Below are positions 19,142-28,768 of a stretch of DNA of 64,000 nucleotides, in pieces. Source of the stretch: Alphaproteobacteria bacterium (GTDB lineage Bacteria; Pseudomonadota; Alphaproteobacteria; RF32; CAG-239). The position numbers and the translations under genes were made by a program. The stretch lies in the NCBI GenBank assembly GCA_047975765.1, contig JBKEEF010000004.1, positions 7,960 through 71,959 on the forward strand. The letters run 5' to 3'. The notes beneath the pieces are model-generated. The model did not search any database. It had not been told where the DNA came from and was given only the letters and a program-made list of their open reading frames with translations. Position 1 is the first letter of the stretch. The number at the start of each line of letters is the position of its first letter.

Positions 19142-19555
19142 ATGACTGGAAAATTAAGACCAATTGCTGTGGCTTTATTGAGGCACGGTAATAAACTTTT
19201 GGCAATGAAAGGCTATGACAAAGTTAAAGATGAAGTTTTCTACCGCCTTCTTGGTGGTGGAATTGAATTTGGAGAAACTTCAAGAGAAACAATTCAAAGA
19301 GAATTTATGGAAGAACTTGCTGTTGAAGTAGAGGTTCAAGAAAGACTTGATGTTGAAGAAAATATTTTCACATTCAATGGTAAACAAGGACATGAAATTG
19401 TGTTTTTATATAATGCCAAATTCAAAGATAAATCTCTTTATGAAAAGACTGACTTTGACTTTGTAGAAGAAGGAAAGACAACAGAAACGGTTGGTTGGGT
19501 AAAGATAAATGATGATGCGATTATCTATCCTGAAATCGCAAAGAAATATTTGTAG
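19142..19555 (+). CDS. NUDIX hydrolase
   Basis: GGGIEFGETSRETIQREFMEELA Nudix box; ENIFTFNGKQGHEIVF. Confidence 0.9.
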   Translation: MTGKLRPIAVALLRHGNKLLAMKGYDKVKDEVFYRLLGGGIEFGETSRETIQREFMEELAVEVEVQERLDVEENIFTFNGKQGHEIVFLYNAKFKDKSLYEKTDFDFVEEGKTTETVGWVKINDDAIIYPEIAKKYL

Positions 19556-19556
19556 T

Positions 19557-19587
19557 AAAAAAGGCTCTCAATTGAGAGCCTTTTTTT
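19557..19587. terminator. Bidirectional intrinsic terminator
   Basis: A6-GGCTCTC-AATT-GAGAGCC-T7. Confidence 0.9.
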
Positions 19588-19613
19588 GTGTTAAATCAAT
19601 TTCAAAGTTATTA

Positions 19614-20237
19614 TTAATTAACACATTTTCCACCGGCATCACCAGTTATTCCTTTGCTAGCATCTGTAGCTGTAATGCATCTGACGCAATTTAATTTCCA
19701 GCCATTTGGTGCTGCGTAATCTGCAGAGGTTAGCAACGATCTGCCTGAAGCATAACATTTTTGGTAAGAGCCAGTGTATATTTTAACAGCAGCAGGGCAG
19801 TCATTCTTAGTTCTAGTATCACCATTTGTTCCTGAAATATATTTACTTCCTTTCCACTCAGAACCCAGAGTTCTACAATCACCTAGTCTTATACATTTAT
19901 AAGTGCAACTGTCATATTCAGCACATTCTGTATAGTCTTCAGGGAAAACTTCTGTATTATTTGAAACACAAGTACATTTTGAATATTTATCACCACCTAA
20001 AGTGTTTTTAGATGATGGGCAATTTATTGAATCATATTTGTAAATGTTTGCATCGCATATTTCTCCGCAGAAAAACTTTGTTTCATCTGTTGGGCAAGCA
20101 ACTTTATTTTTGCCTGCACAAGCTGCTGCAGTATTCGTATATCCAAGTGTTGAACAGCTTGGTGCTGTTTGTGCATTTGCATTGCCCACTGAAAAAGCCA
20201 AGAATGCAAAAGCTGTAAGGGTAATTATTTTTTTCAT
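19614..20237 (-). CDS. Secreted cysteine-rich protein
   Basis: Signal peptide ending ANA-Q; PSCSTLGY...C...CPTDETKFFC motif; many Cys. Confidence 0.8.
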   Translation of the reverse strand: MKKIITLTAFAFLAFSVGNANAQTAPSCSTLGYTNTAAACAGKNKVACPTDETKFFCGEICDANIYKYDSINCPSSKNTLGGDKYSKCTCVSNNTEVFPEDYTECAEYDSCTYKCIRLGDCRTLGSEWKGSKYISGTNGDTRTKNDCPAAVKIYTGSYQKCYASGRSLLTSADYAAPNGWKLNCVRCITATDASKGITGDAGGKCVN

Positions 20238-20270
20238 TTTATCTCTCCAAACTTTTTATTAAAATTACTG

Positions 20271-21529
20271 TTAGTCGCCATTACATTCAAGACAGCAGCG
20301 GTGCCATGAGTCAACATCACAAGCTCCTGTTCCTTCTCCAACAGCTCCATTATGATAGCATTGATTTCCTAATTCGTTGTATCTTGCATGACATTGTTGA
20401 CCAGTTTGATATGCACTGAATTCTGAACATGAACGATTTTTATAGTATCCATATTCATTTGAACAAGATGATTTTGTGGTGTTTGATGGTGTATAACAAC
20501 TTGTGTAACATGTTTTTCCATAATAAGACACGGAAGTACATGTTTGTCCGCTTGGAATTGAACTTTGATATCCACCGAGAGCACAGGTTACAGTTACACA
20601 ATCTTTGTAACATGATTTTCCTTCATAAAAAACTCCATTACAGATCTTTCCACTTGGAACACTATCTACATATCCGCCATCTTCACAAGTTATCTCTTTC
20701 TTATCTGCTAAACAAAATTCTTTTGTTGTATCAAAAGGACATTTGATAGAAGAATGACCTGAAAATTCATGTTGAATCCAAGTTCTGAACACGTAGGAAT
20801 GATAACACAGGTTTTTGTTCCGGCTGTTGAATGTTTTCTCTTGTTAACATCAAGGAAATATTTCAAATCTCCATTTGCCCAATATGTATTCAAATCTACA
20901 GTTCCAGAAGGACAAGTTGGCTCTTCACAACTCGTATATTTTGTTCCAGAACTATCTGTACAAGATTGTGAACCAGTAGCTCCTTTGCCTGTTGAACATT
21001 TTTTATAGATTGACGGGTCACAAACGCATTCTTTATATTTTCCGTCACAAGATTCACCAGAACCAATCATTCCTGCTGGACAGGTTTTGAATGTGTCTGG
21101 ACATTTACATTCAGGATAGTGCGTGTTGTTACAATTTGTAGAACCAGCTAAAATCTTAGGGCTTTCACAATTGTCCTTTGTGTATGGGAATTTTGTTTCA
21201 TTACAACCACATTCAGTATATTGTGTGTTATTACAAATTTCACCACCCAGCATGTCAGCTGAGCAGTTTCCAATATGAAATTTATATTTGTTTATATCGC
21301 ATCGACAACTTCTCCAATAGTTTCCATTAGGACATTTGTCATAGAGTGTTCGATTGAGTGTGCAGTCAGAACTTCTGATGGTGTAACAAGGTTTTTGATT
21401 AGGGTCACCATAAGCATCGTCTTTCTTTTCAATGAAATGGACAGCTGCATTTGCGTGGCTCATGGTAACAGCACATAATATCATAACTGCTAATGTGAGC
21501 ATAATTCCTTTATAATTTTTCATTTGCAT
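20271..21529 (-). pseudogene. Secreted cysteine-rich repeat protein, frameshifted near 20760-20775 (ORFs 20708-21529 + 20271-20792)
   Basis: PTCSELGFNM in one frame continues as SGHSSIKCPFDTTKEFC in the -1 frame, rebuilding the motif found intact in the neighbouring gene; GGAGG RBS before 21529. Confidence 0.7.
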
Positions 21530-21677
21530 AACAGCCTCCTACATAAATATATTCTTATCTTAATTTTGAGGTATGGAGCCACTTTTAACAACCCTATCTT
21601 TCGTTATGGAGAAATTTTCCATAAAAAAGCGAGGTTTAATTATTTATTTATAAAAAAAGTGCATTATAGTTATTGCT

Positions 21678-21702
21678 AAAGATAATCTCAGATATTATCT
21701 TT
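21678..21702. promoter_or_regulatory. 9-bp inverted repeat (GATAAT-N7-ATTATC core) in a divergent promoter
   Basis: AAAGATAAT-CTCAGAT-ATTATCTTT; overlaps the expected -35 of a minus-strand TATAAT at 21663-21668. Confidence 0.4.
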
Positions 21703-21797
21703 TAAATAGCTTGATAAAAAGCTTGTAAAAGTTTTTAGATTTGCTAAAACTTATGTTTAGTTTAAATTTTGATTGTTAGATATAAAGGTTGTTATTG

Positions 21798-22835
21798 ATG
21801 TCTTCAAATGAAAAACGTGCGAATAAAAAACGTTTGATAAAAAAACTTATTTCTTGGGCAAGTTGGTTTTTCTTTGCTCTTGCTGCATATATGATTTATC
21901 GTCAGCTCTCTAAATATCATTTGGAAGATATTAAAAATGCTTTGATGAGTATCCCAACACATAATTTGATTTTTGCATGTCTTGCTTCTTTCTTTGGTTA
22001 TGTGGCGTTATCTCTTTATGATTTTTTAGCAATAACTTATATCAAAAGAAAACTAGAAGCTTGGAAGTGGATTTTAGCTGGATTTGTTGGTTTTTCAATC
22101 AGCAATAATGCTGGACATGCTATTATATCTGGTGGCTCTGTTCGTTATCGTTTTTACACACGTTGGAAATTTCAAGGAACAGAAATTATCAGAATGGTAA
22201 CTTTTTCAGGATTCACATATCTTTGGGCTTGCTTCTTTTTGATTATTTTAGGTTACCTTCTTACGCCTGATCATGCTTTTGGTGATGGTTCAGTTTCAAG
22301 AATGACAACCACTGTTACAGCACTTGTTGCTGCTATTGGTCTTGTCCTCTATTTCTCTGCTGTTATCTTTTATAAGAAACCCATTTTTATTAAGGGTGTG
22401 GAATTTACCATGCCAAGTTTGAAAATGGCTTTGGCGCAGGTCTTTATTGGTGGTGCAGATATTTTATTAGCTTCGTTAGTGCTTTATTTTGTGTTGACAC
22501 CATTTGTAGAAATTCCATTCCAAACTTTTATAGGTGTTTATTTAATTGCACAGGTTCTCGGTGTATTTAGCCAAGTTCCGGGTGGATTAGGGATTTTTGA
22601 AAGTTTATTCTTATATATCATTCCAGGTGACCACAATCAAGCAGTTCTGTTTGGTGCATTGATTGCTTATAGAATTATCTATTATCTCTTGCCGCTTGTG
22701 GTTTCTGCTATTTTGGTTATTTTATATGAAAGACATTTGTCTAGTTTGAAAGCAAAATTGCTTGTCAAGAAAAATGAAATTCTTGAGAAAATCAAAGATA
22801 AAGATATTAAATTCCGTAAGAAAAATAAAGCTTAA
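21798..22835 (+). CDS. MprF-type flippase/LPG-synthase transmembrane domain protein (no aminoacyl-transferase domain)
   Basis: YDFLA, SNNAGHAIISGGSVRYRFY, SQVPGGLGIFE, YRIIYYLLP. Confidence 0.85.
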   Translation: MSSNEKRANKKRLIKKLISWASWFFFALAAYMIYRQLSKYHLEDIKNALMSIPTHNLIFACLASFFGYVALSLYDFLAITYIKRKLEAWKWILAGFVGFSISNNAGHAIISGGSVRYRFYTRWKFQGTEIIRMVTFSGFTYLWACFFLIILGYLLTPDHAFGDGSVSRMTTTVTALVAAIGLVLYFSAVIFYKKPIFIKGVEFTMPSLKMALAQVFIGGADILLASLVLYFVLTPFVEIPFQTFIGVYLIAQVLGVFSQVPGGLGIFESLFLYIIPGDHNQAVLFGALIAYRIIYYLLPLVVSAILVILYERHLSSLKAKLLVKKNEILEKIKDKDIKFRKKNKA

Positions 22836-23488
22836 TTATATTTTCTCAGAAGACCAGAAAGAACACCTTGAATTTTCACTCTTGATGAGTGAAAGTGTCT
22901 TGTTTCATAATCTTTATTTTGTGGAATAAGATAAACTTCGTCACCTTCTTGTTTGAATATTTTGAGGGTTGCTTCACTATCGTCAACTAGTGCAACAACT
23001 GTTTCACCATTGCGCGCTACTTGTGCTTTTTTAATAATAACCGTATCGCCATCCAAAATTCCACCCTCAATCATTGAATCTCCTTCAATGTTGAGCGCGT
23101 AATATAAGCCGTGGGTTACCATTTCAAAAGGAACAGAAACAACTTCATTATCATCAGCAATCGCTTCAATAGGTGTTCCTGCTGCAATTTTACCATAAAG
23201 AGGAATTTGAGCAGCAGCATTTTGAAGTGCTTCATCTCTTTTCTTTTCTTCTTCAATGATGGCAGAAGGTTTAAGTTTTGGAAGACGAACAATTTCCAAA
23301 GCACGAGCTCGATGAGGGAGCTTTTTTATGAAATTTCTTTCAATTAAAGCTTCTAATAGCGAGTGAACACCAGATTTTGATTTTAGTCCGACAGCATCTT
23401 TCATTTCTTCAAAAGAAGGGCAACAACCGTTTTCTTTCAGAGATTTATTGATGAAGAGGAGTAGATTATATTGACGTGGTGTTAACAT
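22832..23488 (-). CDS. lexA: SOS repressor LexA (alphaproteobacterial type)
   Basis: MLTPRQ, PSFEEMKDAVGLKSKSGVH, RARALE, IAAGTPIEA, GDSMI, EATLK. Confidence 0.97.
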   Translation of the reverse strand: MLTPRQYNLLLFINKSLKENGCCPSFEEMKDAVGLKSKSGVHSLLEALIERNFIKKLPHRARALEIVRLPKLKPSAIIEEEKKRDEALQNAAAQIPLYGKIAAGTPIEAIADDNEVVSVPFEMVTHGLYYALNIEGDSMIEGGILDGDTVIIKKAQVARNGETVVALVDDSEATLKIFKQEGDEVYLIPQNKDYETRHFHSSRVKIQGVLSGLLRKYN

Positions 23489-23521
23489 GATTTGTTCCTT
23501 GAAAATTTATTCTCTCTAAAT

Positions 23522-23536
23522 GTTCTACTTTAGTTC
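23522..23536 (-). promoter_or_regulatory. LexA autoregulatory SOS box
   Basis: GTTC-TACTTTA-GTTC on the + strand (GAAC-N7-GAAC on the lexA strand), 33 nt upstream of the lexA start. Confidence 0.85.
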
Positions 23537-23655
23537 TTTTGAAAAGTCAAACTGATTTTGCAGTTTTCTAAAATAGCGGTTGAAAAATAAAAAGGATAGA
23601 AGTATATTTGAGACGAATTTTAAATATGTTATCAGAAATGATTGGAAGAAAGATT

Positions 23656-25146
23656 ATGACAACAGAAACAACAGCTAAAGAAAGTAATAACGTTCATAGA
23701 GACTCCCGCATCGTAAAGCTTAAAGCGTTGCAAGAAAAAGGCTATAACCCTTATCCTTATTGTTTTAAACCAAATGCTTTTGCAAATGACTTGCAAGAAA
23801 AATATAAAGATTTGGAAGCTGGAACAGATACTGAGGACAGATATGTTATTGCTGGACGTGCCATGGCTGTTCGTAATAGTGGAATGTTCATTGATTTAAA
23901 GGATGAAAGCGGAAAAATTCAAGTTTTTTGTCATAAGAATCACTTGTCAGAAGAAAATTTTGAACTTCTTAAAAATCTTGATTTTGGTGACATTGTTGGT
24001 GTTATGGGATATATCAGAAGAACCCCACGAGGAGAACTTTCTTTGGCGGCAGAAAAACTTGATATTATCTCTAAGGCTCTTTTGCCTCTTCCTGAAAAAT
24101 TTCATGGGTTGACAGATATGGAAGCAAGATATCGCCAACGTTATGTTGACTTTATCGTGAATGATGATGCAAAAGATATCTTCAAAAAAAGATGTCAGGT
24201 TGTTTCTGCAGTTCGTAGATATCTTGATAAAAGCGGTTTTTTGGAAGTTGAAACACCAATGTTACACCCGATTATGGGTGGAGCGAATGCAAAGCCTTTT
24301 GTAACACATCATAATTCTTTAGATATGGATTTATTTTTGAGAATTGCACCAGAATTATATTTGAAAAAATTAGTGGTTGGTGGTTTCGATCGTGTTTTTG
24401 AAATTGGTAGAAATTTCAGAAATGAAGGTGTTGATAAAACTCATAATCCAGAATTTACTGGGATGGAGCTTTATCAAGCTTATGCTGACTATAATGATAT
24501 GGCAGATTTGATTTCAAACATATTTTCTTCTGTTGTGGAAACTGTTCTGGGAACAAACACTTTTGAAGTTCAAGGACAAACCATTGATGCATCAAAACCA
24601 TTTGTTAGAAAATCCATTATTGATTTAATTAAAGAATATGCAGGTATTGATTTGCTTGAAGCTGAAGATTTAGAAACAGCTAAAAAAATGGCAAAAACTG
24701 TCGGTGTAGATGCTGATGAATGCATCTCTTGGGGTAAGGTTGTTCAAGAAGTGTTTGATGAAAAAGTTGAAGCACATCTTATTCAACCAACTTTAGTGAT
24801 GGATATGCCTAGAGATATCTCACCTCTTGCAAAAACGCATAGGAACAATCCACGTTTGGTTGAACACTGGGATGCTTATGTTGGTGGTATGGAACTTGGT
24901 TGTGCTTATTCAGAACTTTCAAATCCATTAGAGCAAAGAGAAAGATTTGAAGCTCAAGGTGTCGATCGTGAGGCAGGAGATGATGAAGCTCAGATGCTTG
25001 ATGAAGATTTCTTAACGGCTTTGGAAATTGGAATTCCTCCAACCGGTGGTATGGGAATTGGGATGGATAGACTTGCTATTTTGTTAAGTGGTGCAGACAC
25101 TATTCGTGATGTTATTGCTTTCCCAACACTTCGTAAAAGAGATTAA
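23656..25146 (+). CDS. lysS: Lysine--tRNA ligase, class II
   Basis: [45 protein letters not shown]. Confidence 0.96.
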   Translation: MTTETTAKESNNVHRDSRIVKLKALQEKGYNPYPYCFKPNAFANDLQEKYKDLEAGTDTEDRYVIAGRAMAVRNSGMFIDLKDESGKIQVFCHKNHLSEENFELLKNLDFGDIVGVMGYIRRTPRGELSLAAEKLDIISKALLPLPEKFHGLTDMEARYRQRYVDFIVNDDAKDIFKKRCQVVSAVRRYLDKSGFLEVETPMLHPIMGGANAKPFVTHHNSLDMDLFLRIAPELYLKKLVVGGFDRVFEIGRNFRNEGVDKTHNPEFTGMELYQAYADYNDMADLISNIFSSVVETVLGTNTFEVQGQTIDASKPFVRKSIIDLIKEYAGIDLLEAEDLETAKKMAKTVGVDADECISWGKVVQEVFDEKVEAHLIQPTLVMDMPRDISPLAKTHRNNPRLVEHWDAYVGGMELGCAYSELSNPLEQRERFEAQGVDREAGDDEAQMLDEDFLTALEIGIPPTGGMGIGMDRLAILLSGADTIRDVIAFPTLRKRD

Positions 25147-25179
25147 TTCAATTTGTACTAAAACATTAAGTGAGCTGAG

Positions 25180-26304
25180 ATGATAGCGAGAATTTTAAGA
25201 GAGCTTTTGATTTTTACCAAGCATATAGTAATTTTTGCTTTCTTCTTGGCTCTTACTTTTGTTATTTTAGAATATGTGAAGGCTTTTGAGCGAGGTGATA
25301 AATTCAAAATGGCGGAAGTCGTTATTGAATTACCTGGTGAAGAGCAAAGTCAAGAATATCAAAATCTGAATGCTTTTGAAAGTTTTATAGACGACTCTCA
25401 AATGTTTTTAGGTGAAAAAGATGTACCTGATGTTATAACTCTAAGTGAAGAACCAGAAATAATTTCAGAAAAAGAAGACCAAGCAGAATATGATCTTTAT
25501 GAGGAAGAGCTCCCTCATGATATCGTTTTAGATGTCCTTCCTGTTGAAAAACAGGAAGTTCTTTCAAGTAAAGATGGAAAAGATATCAAAGATATTGCTA
25601 TTCAAGTGGTGAAAAAACCTTCACATTTTGAAGATGCTCCTGTTATTGCAATTGTCATTGATGATATGGGGATTAGCAAGAGAAGAACTAAAGACATCAA
25701 TCAACTCAACTTCCCAATTACATCTTCTTTTTTAACTTATGGAACTGCATTGGATTCACAAGTGGAAGATTCAATTAAAGCTGGACATGAAGTGATTGCC
25801 CATATTCCAATGGAAGCTAGTAAAAATATTGACACAGCACCAGATGTTTTGAAGGTGGCAATGTCTGATGATGAAGTTATAAAATCGTTTAACGCTATGC
25901 TTAATAAGTTTCATGGAATAAAGGGTATAAATAATCACATGGGAAGCAAGTTCACTGAAAGTGAAACAAAAATGGAAATAGTGATGAAAATTTTGAAAGA
26001 AAGAGACTTATTCTTTCTTGATTCTCGCACTTCCAATAAATCTGTTGGAAAGACAGTCGCTAATAAATTTGATGTGAAATATGTGAACCGTAATATTTTC
26101 TTAGACAATGTAAATGAATATAATTATATCATGGGGCAATTGGAAGCAAGTGAGAAGGTCGCGCGTAAAAAAGGCTATGCTATTGCAATTGGTCACCCTA
26201 AGTCTCAAACGTATCTTGCACTTAAAGATTGGTTGCCTAAAGCTTCTCAAAAAGGCTTTAAATTGGTTCATTTGAGTGAAATTGTTGACGTTTTGAATAA
26301 ATAA
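25180..26304 (+). CDS. Divergent polysaccharide deacetylase (YibQ family)
   Basis: IAIVIDDMG, HIPME, GINNHMGS, FLDSRT, IAIGHP. Confidence 0.9.
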   Translation: MIARILRELLIFTKHIVIFAFFLALTFVILEYVKAFERGDKFKMAEVVIELPGEEQSQEYQNLNAFESFIDDSQMFLGEKDVPDVITLSEEPEIISEKEDQAEYDLYEEELPHDIVLDVLPVEKQEVLSSKDGKDIKDIAIQVVKKPSHFEDAPVIAIVIDDMGISKRRTKDINQLNFPITSSFLTYGTALDSQVEDSIKAGHEVIAHIPMEASKNIDTAPDVLKVAMSDDEVIKSFNAMLNKFHGIKGINNHMGSKFTESETKMEIVMKILKERDLFFLDSRTSNKSVGKTVANKFDVKYVNRNIFLDNVNEYNYIMGQLEASEKVARKKGYAIAIGHPKSQTYLALKDWLPKASQKGFKLVHLSEIVDVLNK

Positions 26305-26400
26305 TAAAAAATTCTGAAAAATCTTCAAAAAAATGCTTGACCTCTCGATTTTTTGCCTGTATACACATCACGAGCAGAGAGAAAAGCCTTTGCAGATATT

Positions 26401-26476
26401 GGTCCCATCGTCTAGAGGCCTAGGACACGTCCCTTTCACGGATGAGACACGAGTTCGAATCTCGTTGGGATCACCA
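26401..26476 (+). tRNA. tRNA-Glu(UUC)
   Basis: Acceptor GGTCCCA/TGGGATC, anticodon arm CGTCC-CTTTCAC-GGATG, T arm ACGAG-TTCGAAT-CTCGT, encoded CCA; promoter TTGACC-N17-TATACA upstream. Confidence 0.97.
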
Positions 26477-26477
26477 T

Positions 26478-26518
26478 TAAAATAAAAATACGCCTTTATG
26501 GCGTTATTTTTATTTTAA
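26478..26518 (+). terminator. Hairpin after the tRNA
   Basis: AAAATAAAAATACGCC-TTTA-TGGCGTTATTTTTATTTT. Confidence 0.65.
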
Positions 26519-26533
26519 AAGTAATTTTAGTTT

Positions 26534-26764
26534 GATTAGAACTCGAGGAAAGAGTTCGACTACCAGCGGGAGGCAGACGAAAGTATGCCGGTGAGACCGA
26601 GCGTTGGTCGCGAGGGCGAATGAGCGCCAGTAGCAACTCGACTGAAAGGAGAGTAATCTCGTTGTCGTTGTGTAGCAACGAATGATTTATCCGGCACCCT
26701 TTTATGGGTGTTTTTGTTATTGGAAGTTTAACAGGATTTGAACTCGTGTCTCACGAGTTTGAAA
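26534..26764. repeat. tRNA-linked structured element containing fragments of the tRNA-Glu T-arm
   Basis: GC-rich island with several hairpins; antisense T-arm copies at 26534-26545 and 26735-26753 (18/19), sense fragment AATCTCGTTG at 26655-26664. Confidence 0.6.
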
Positions 26765-27197
26765 TAGGATTAATAAGCAAAATAGCCTCCTCATTTGAGA
26801 AGGCTATAAATTTTTTTGAAAGCTTATAGATTATTAAAAATAAATTTTTTGGCTGTTGGGGCATCAAAAATATCATATGTTGTATTTTCCCAGACATAAT
26901 AGTTATCAATTGGGATTGCATCTCCGCCGAAACGTTTTGCCAAAGCTTTTGCGGTGTCACGGTTGCCAATATATAGGCAAGGATGAATGTCTGTCTCATG
27001 AGAAACAAAAATTTTGGTTTTTTAACTCCAAGAATTGAACAGGAACTACTAATATAGCCAATTAAGAGTGCTGCTTCTTGCATGAGATCTAGCGGATTGC
27101 TCTTTTCTCTCAAATCTGGTCTTATCAGGAAAATGATGCTTTTTTCTTCATTCACTGATGAGAACAATCTTTCTAAAAGTTTAAATAAAGTTTCCAT
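26751..27197 (-). CDS. Orphan protein; SD-less conserved leader
   Basis: 148-aa ORF with promoter TTGCAA-N16-TATAGT; its stop codon lies inside the tRNA-like hairpin. Confidence 0.55.
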   Translation of the reverse strand: METLFKLLERLFSSVNEEKSIIFLIRPDLREKSNPLDLMQEAALLIGYISSSCSILGVKKPKFLFLMRQTFILAYILATVTPQKLWQNVSAEMQSQLITIMSGKIQHMIFLMPQQPKNLFLIIYKLSKKFIAFSNEEAILLINPISNS

Positions 27198-27291
27198 AAA
27201 ATGATATTTTAGTAATTAGTAAATAATTTGATTTGAAATCTACTATACATAGTTTTTTTTGCTTTGCAATAAAATTCAATACGTTAAATGT

Positions 27292-27318
27292 ATAAAGCAC
27301 CCTTTTGAGGTGCTTTAT
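27292..27318. terminator. Hairpin terminator
   Basis: ATAAAGCACC-CTTTTGA-GGTGCTTTAT. Confidence 0.7.
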
Positions 27319-27334
27319 GAGATTTTTTAGGAAT

Positions 27335-27736
27335 TTATAATCCGAGTTCTTTCAGAGAATAAACATAGAGAACATTTTCTATCTCTCTGAAAGGAGCGCA
27401 TTCAATGATGGATTCATCTTGATTGTTCCAACTCGTACAAAGACCTCTTCCGCCAATTTTATGTCTGAGCCAAAAAGATTGACTGCTGACAACATAAAGG
27501 CTTTCATCGAGAGATTTGGTTTCAAGAATTTGATTGAACTCATCTACAGATAGAAGGCGCTTTTCTGGATTGTTATTTTCCATTGCGCTATGCCAGTCAG
27601 TGCTTGTTTCAATTTCAATGGAACAGGCGAGATTTTTTTCAGCATCAAAGATAATAGCAATAGTGTGTTCATTTTCACGATTTTCACTGATGTAATATTT
27701 GCCATCTTTAAAATTTAGGAAATTTCCAATTTTCAT
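27335..27736 (-). CDS. Orphan protein, possible C-type-lectin (DUF1566-like) fold; SD-less conserved leader
   Basis: DWHSAM...RLLSVDEF...FW pattern resembles the CLec-fold W..A...RLP...EL...YW motif. Confidence 0.55.
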   Translation of the reverse strand: MKIGNFLNFKDGKYYISENRENEHTIAIIFDAEKNLACSIEIETSTDWHSAMENNNPEKRLLSVDEFNQILETKSLDESLYVVSSQSFWLRHKIGGRGLCTSWNNQDESIIECAPFREIENVLYVYSLKELGL

Positions 27737-27913
27737 AATGATATTTTTTAAGAGATTAATAATTTGATTTGAAGTTTGACCATAACATGTTTAGACAAAA
27801 AAACAAGATACTTTTGTTGTTGGTTATAGAAAGTTAGGTTTTGATGTGTTATTATTTGATAATCTGGAATTTGGGATATTTTTTAGAAAACAATTCTTAA
27901 AAAGGTGTGTTCA

Positions 27914-28369
27914 ATGTTTAGTTATAAAATTGATAAATTGTCGCTATGTCACTTGAATGATGCACTAGAACTTATTTGGTCAGTCTTTCTTAAGTGTGAT
28001 GCTCCTGATTATTCTGAAGAAGGGATTGAAACTTTTAAAAAGGTAATAGATAGACAGTCTGTTGAAGCAAAATTTATAAATGGAGAAATTGATGTTATTG
28101 GTTGCTGGGATGGAGATAAGCTTGTTGGTGTTTTAGCGATTAGAAAACCTTCTCATGTTTGGTTAATGTTTGTGGCTGAAAAATATCATAGACAAGGGGT
28201 TGCAAAAAATATGTTTTTTGAATTTTTGCTAAATATTTCTGAAGAAAAGATTACGGTTAATTCCACTCCATATGCTGTTAAAACTTATGAAAAATTAGGA
28301 TTTGTAGCTCAAACAGATGAGCAACTTTCAAATGGAATTAGGTTTGTACCAATGCTAATGATTAAGTGA
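27914..28369 (+). CDS. GNAT N-acetyltransferase
   Basis: APDYSEEG, LMFVAEKYHRQGVAK, TVNSTPYAVKTYEKLGF, NGIRFVPM. Confidence 0.9.
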   Translation: MFSYKIDKLSLCHLNDALELIWSVFLKCDAPDYSEEGIETFKKVIDRQSVEAKFINGEIDVIGCWDGDKLVGVLAIRKPSHVWLMFVAEKYHRQGVAKNMFFEFLLNISEEKITVNSTPYAVKTYEKLGFVAQTDEQLSNGIRFVPMLMIK

Positions 28370-28410
28370 TACTGCTTTAAATATTTTCTTTCAATATTTT
28401 GACTAAACGT

Positions 28411-28440
28411 AAAAAAAAGAGGTATAAGACCTCTTTTTTT
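28411..28440. terminator. Bidirectional intrinsic terminator
   Basis: A8-GAGGT-ATAAG-ACCTC-T7. Confidence 0.8.
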
Positions 28441-28466
28441 GCATAAAAATTGTGAAGATTTTATTT

Positions 28467-28730
28467 CTAGCGTTTGTACCTAGGTGCACGAAAACGTGAT
28501 GTCCATGAGTACCAGATGATGCTTATAATAAAACCCGCTACAGCAGTGACTATCCACAAAGGAATCTCTGTTTCGGTTAGCCATTTGGTTAAAAGTCCAT
28601 ATCTTGCAAGCGCAGCAGTTGAATCTGTGTCAAATGAGGCTTGTGCATACAATCCGGATAAAGCTCCAAACAATGGAAATAGAATAAACATGCCCTTTCC
28701 GTAAATTAAAGCAAATAAAGATTTTTTCAT
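28467..28730 (-). CDS. Small two-TM orphan protein; SD-less leader
   Basis: 87 aa, two hydrophobic segments, basic tail. Confidence 0.65.
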   Translation of the reverse strand: MKKSLFALIYGKGMFILFPLFGALSGLYAQASFDTDSTAALARYGLLTKWLTETEIPLWIVTAVAGFIISIIWYSWTSRFRAPRYKR

Positions 28731-28768
28731 AAAATTAAAATTTAGAGATTAATAATTAATATAATTTT

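Noticed and set aside
26496-26678. 60-aa minus-strand ORF after the tRNA
   Set aside because: It overlaps the structured element and terminator; no RBS and no protein-like features.
19614-27736. Diversity-generating retroelement acting on the Cys-rich or CLec-like genes
   Set aside because: No reverse transcriptase and no near-identical repeat pair differing at adenines was seen.
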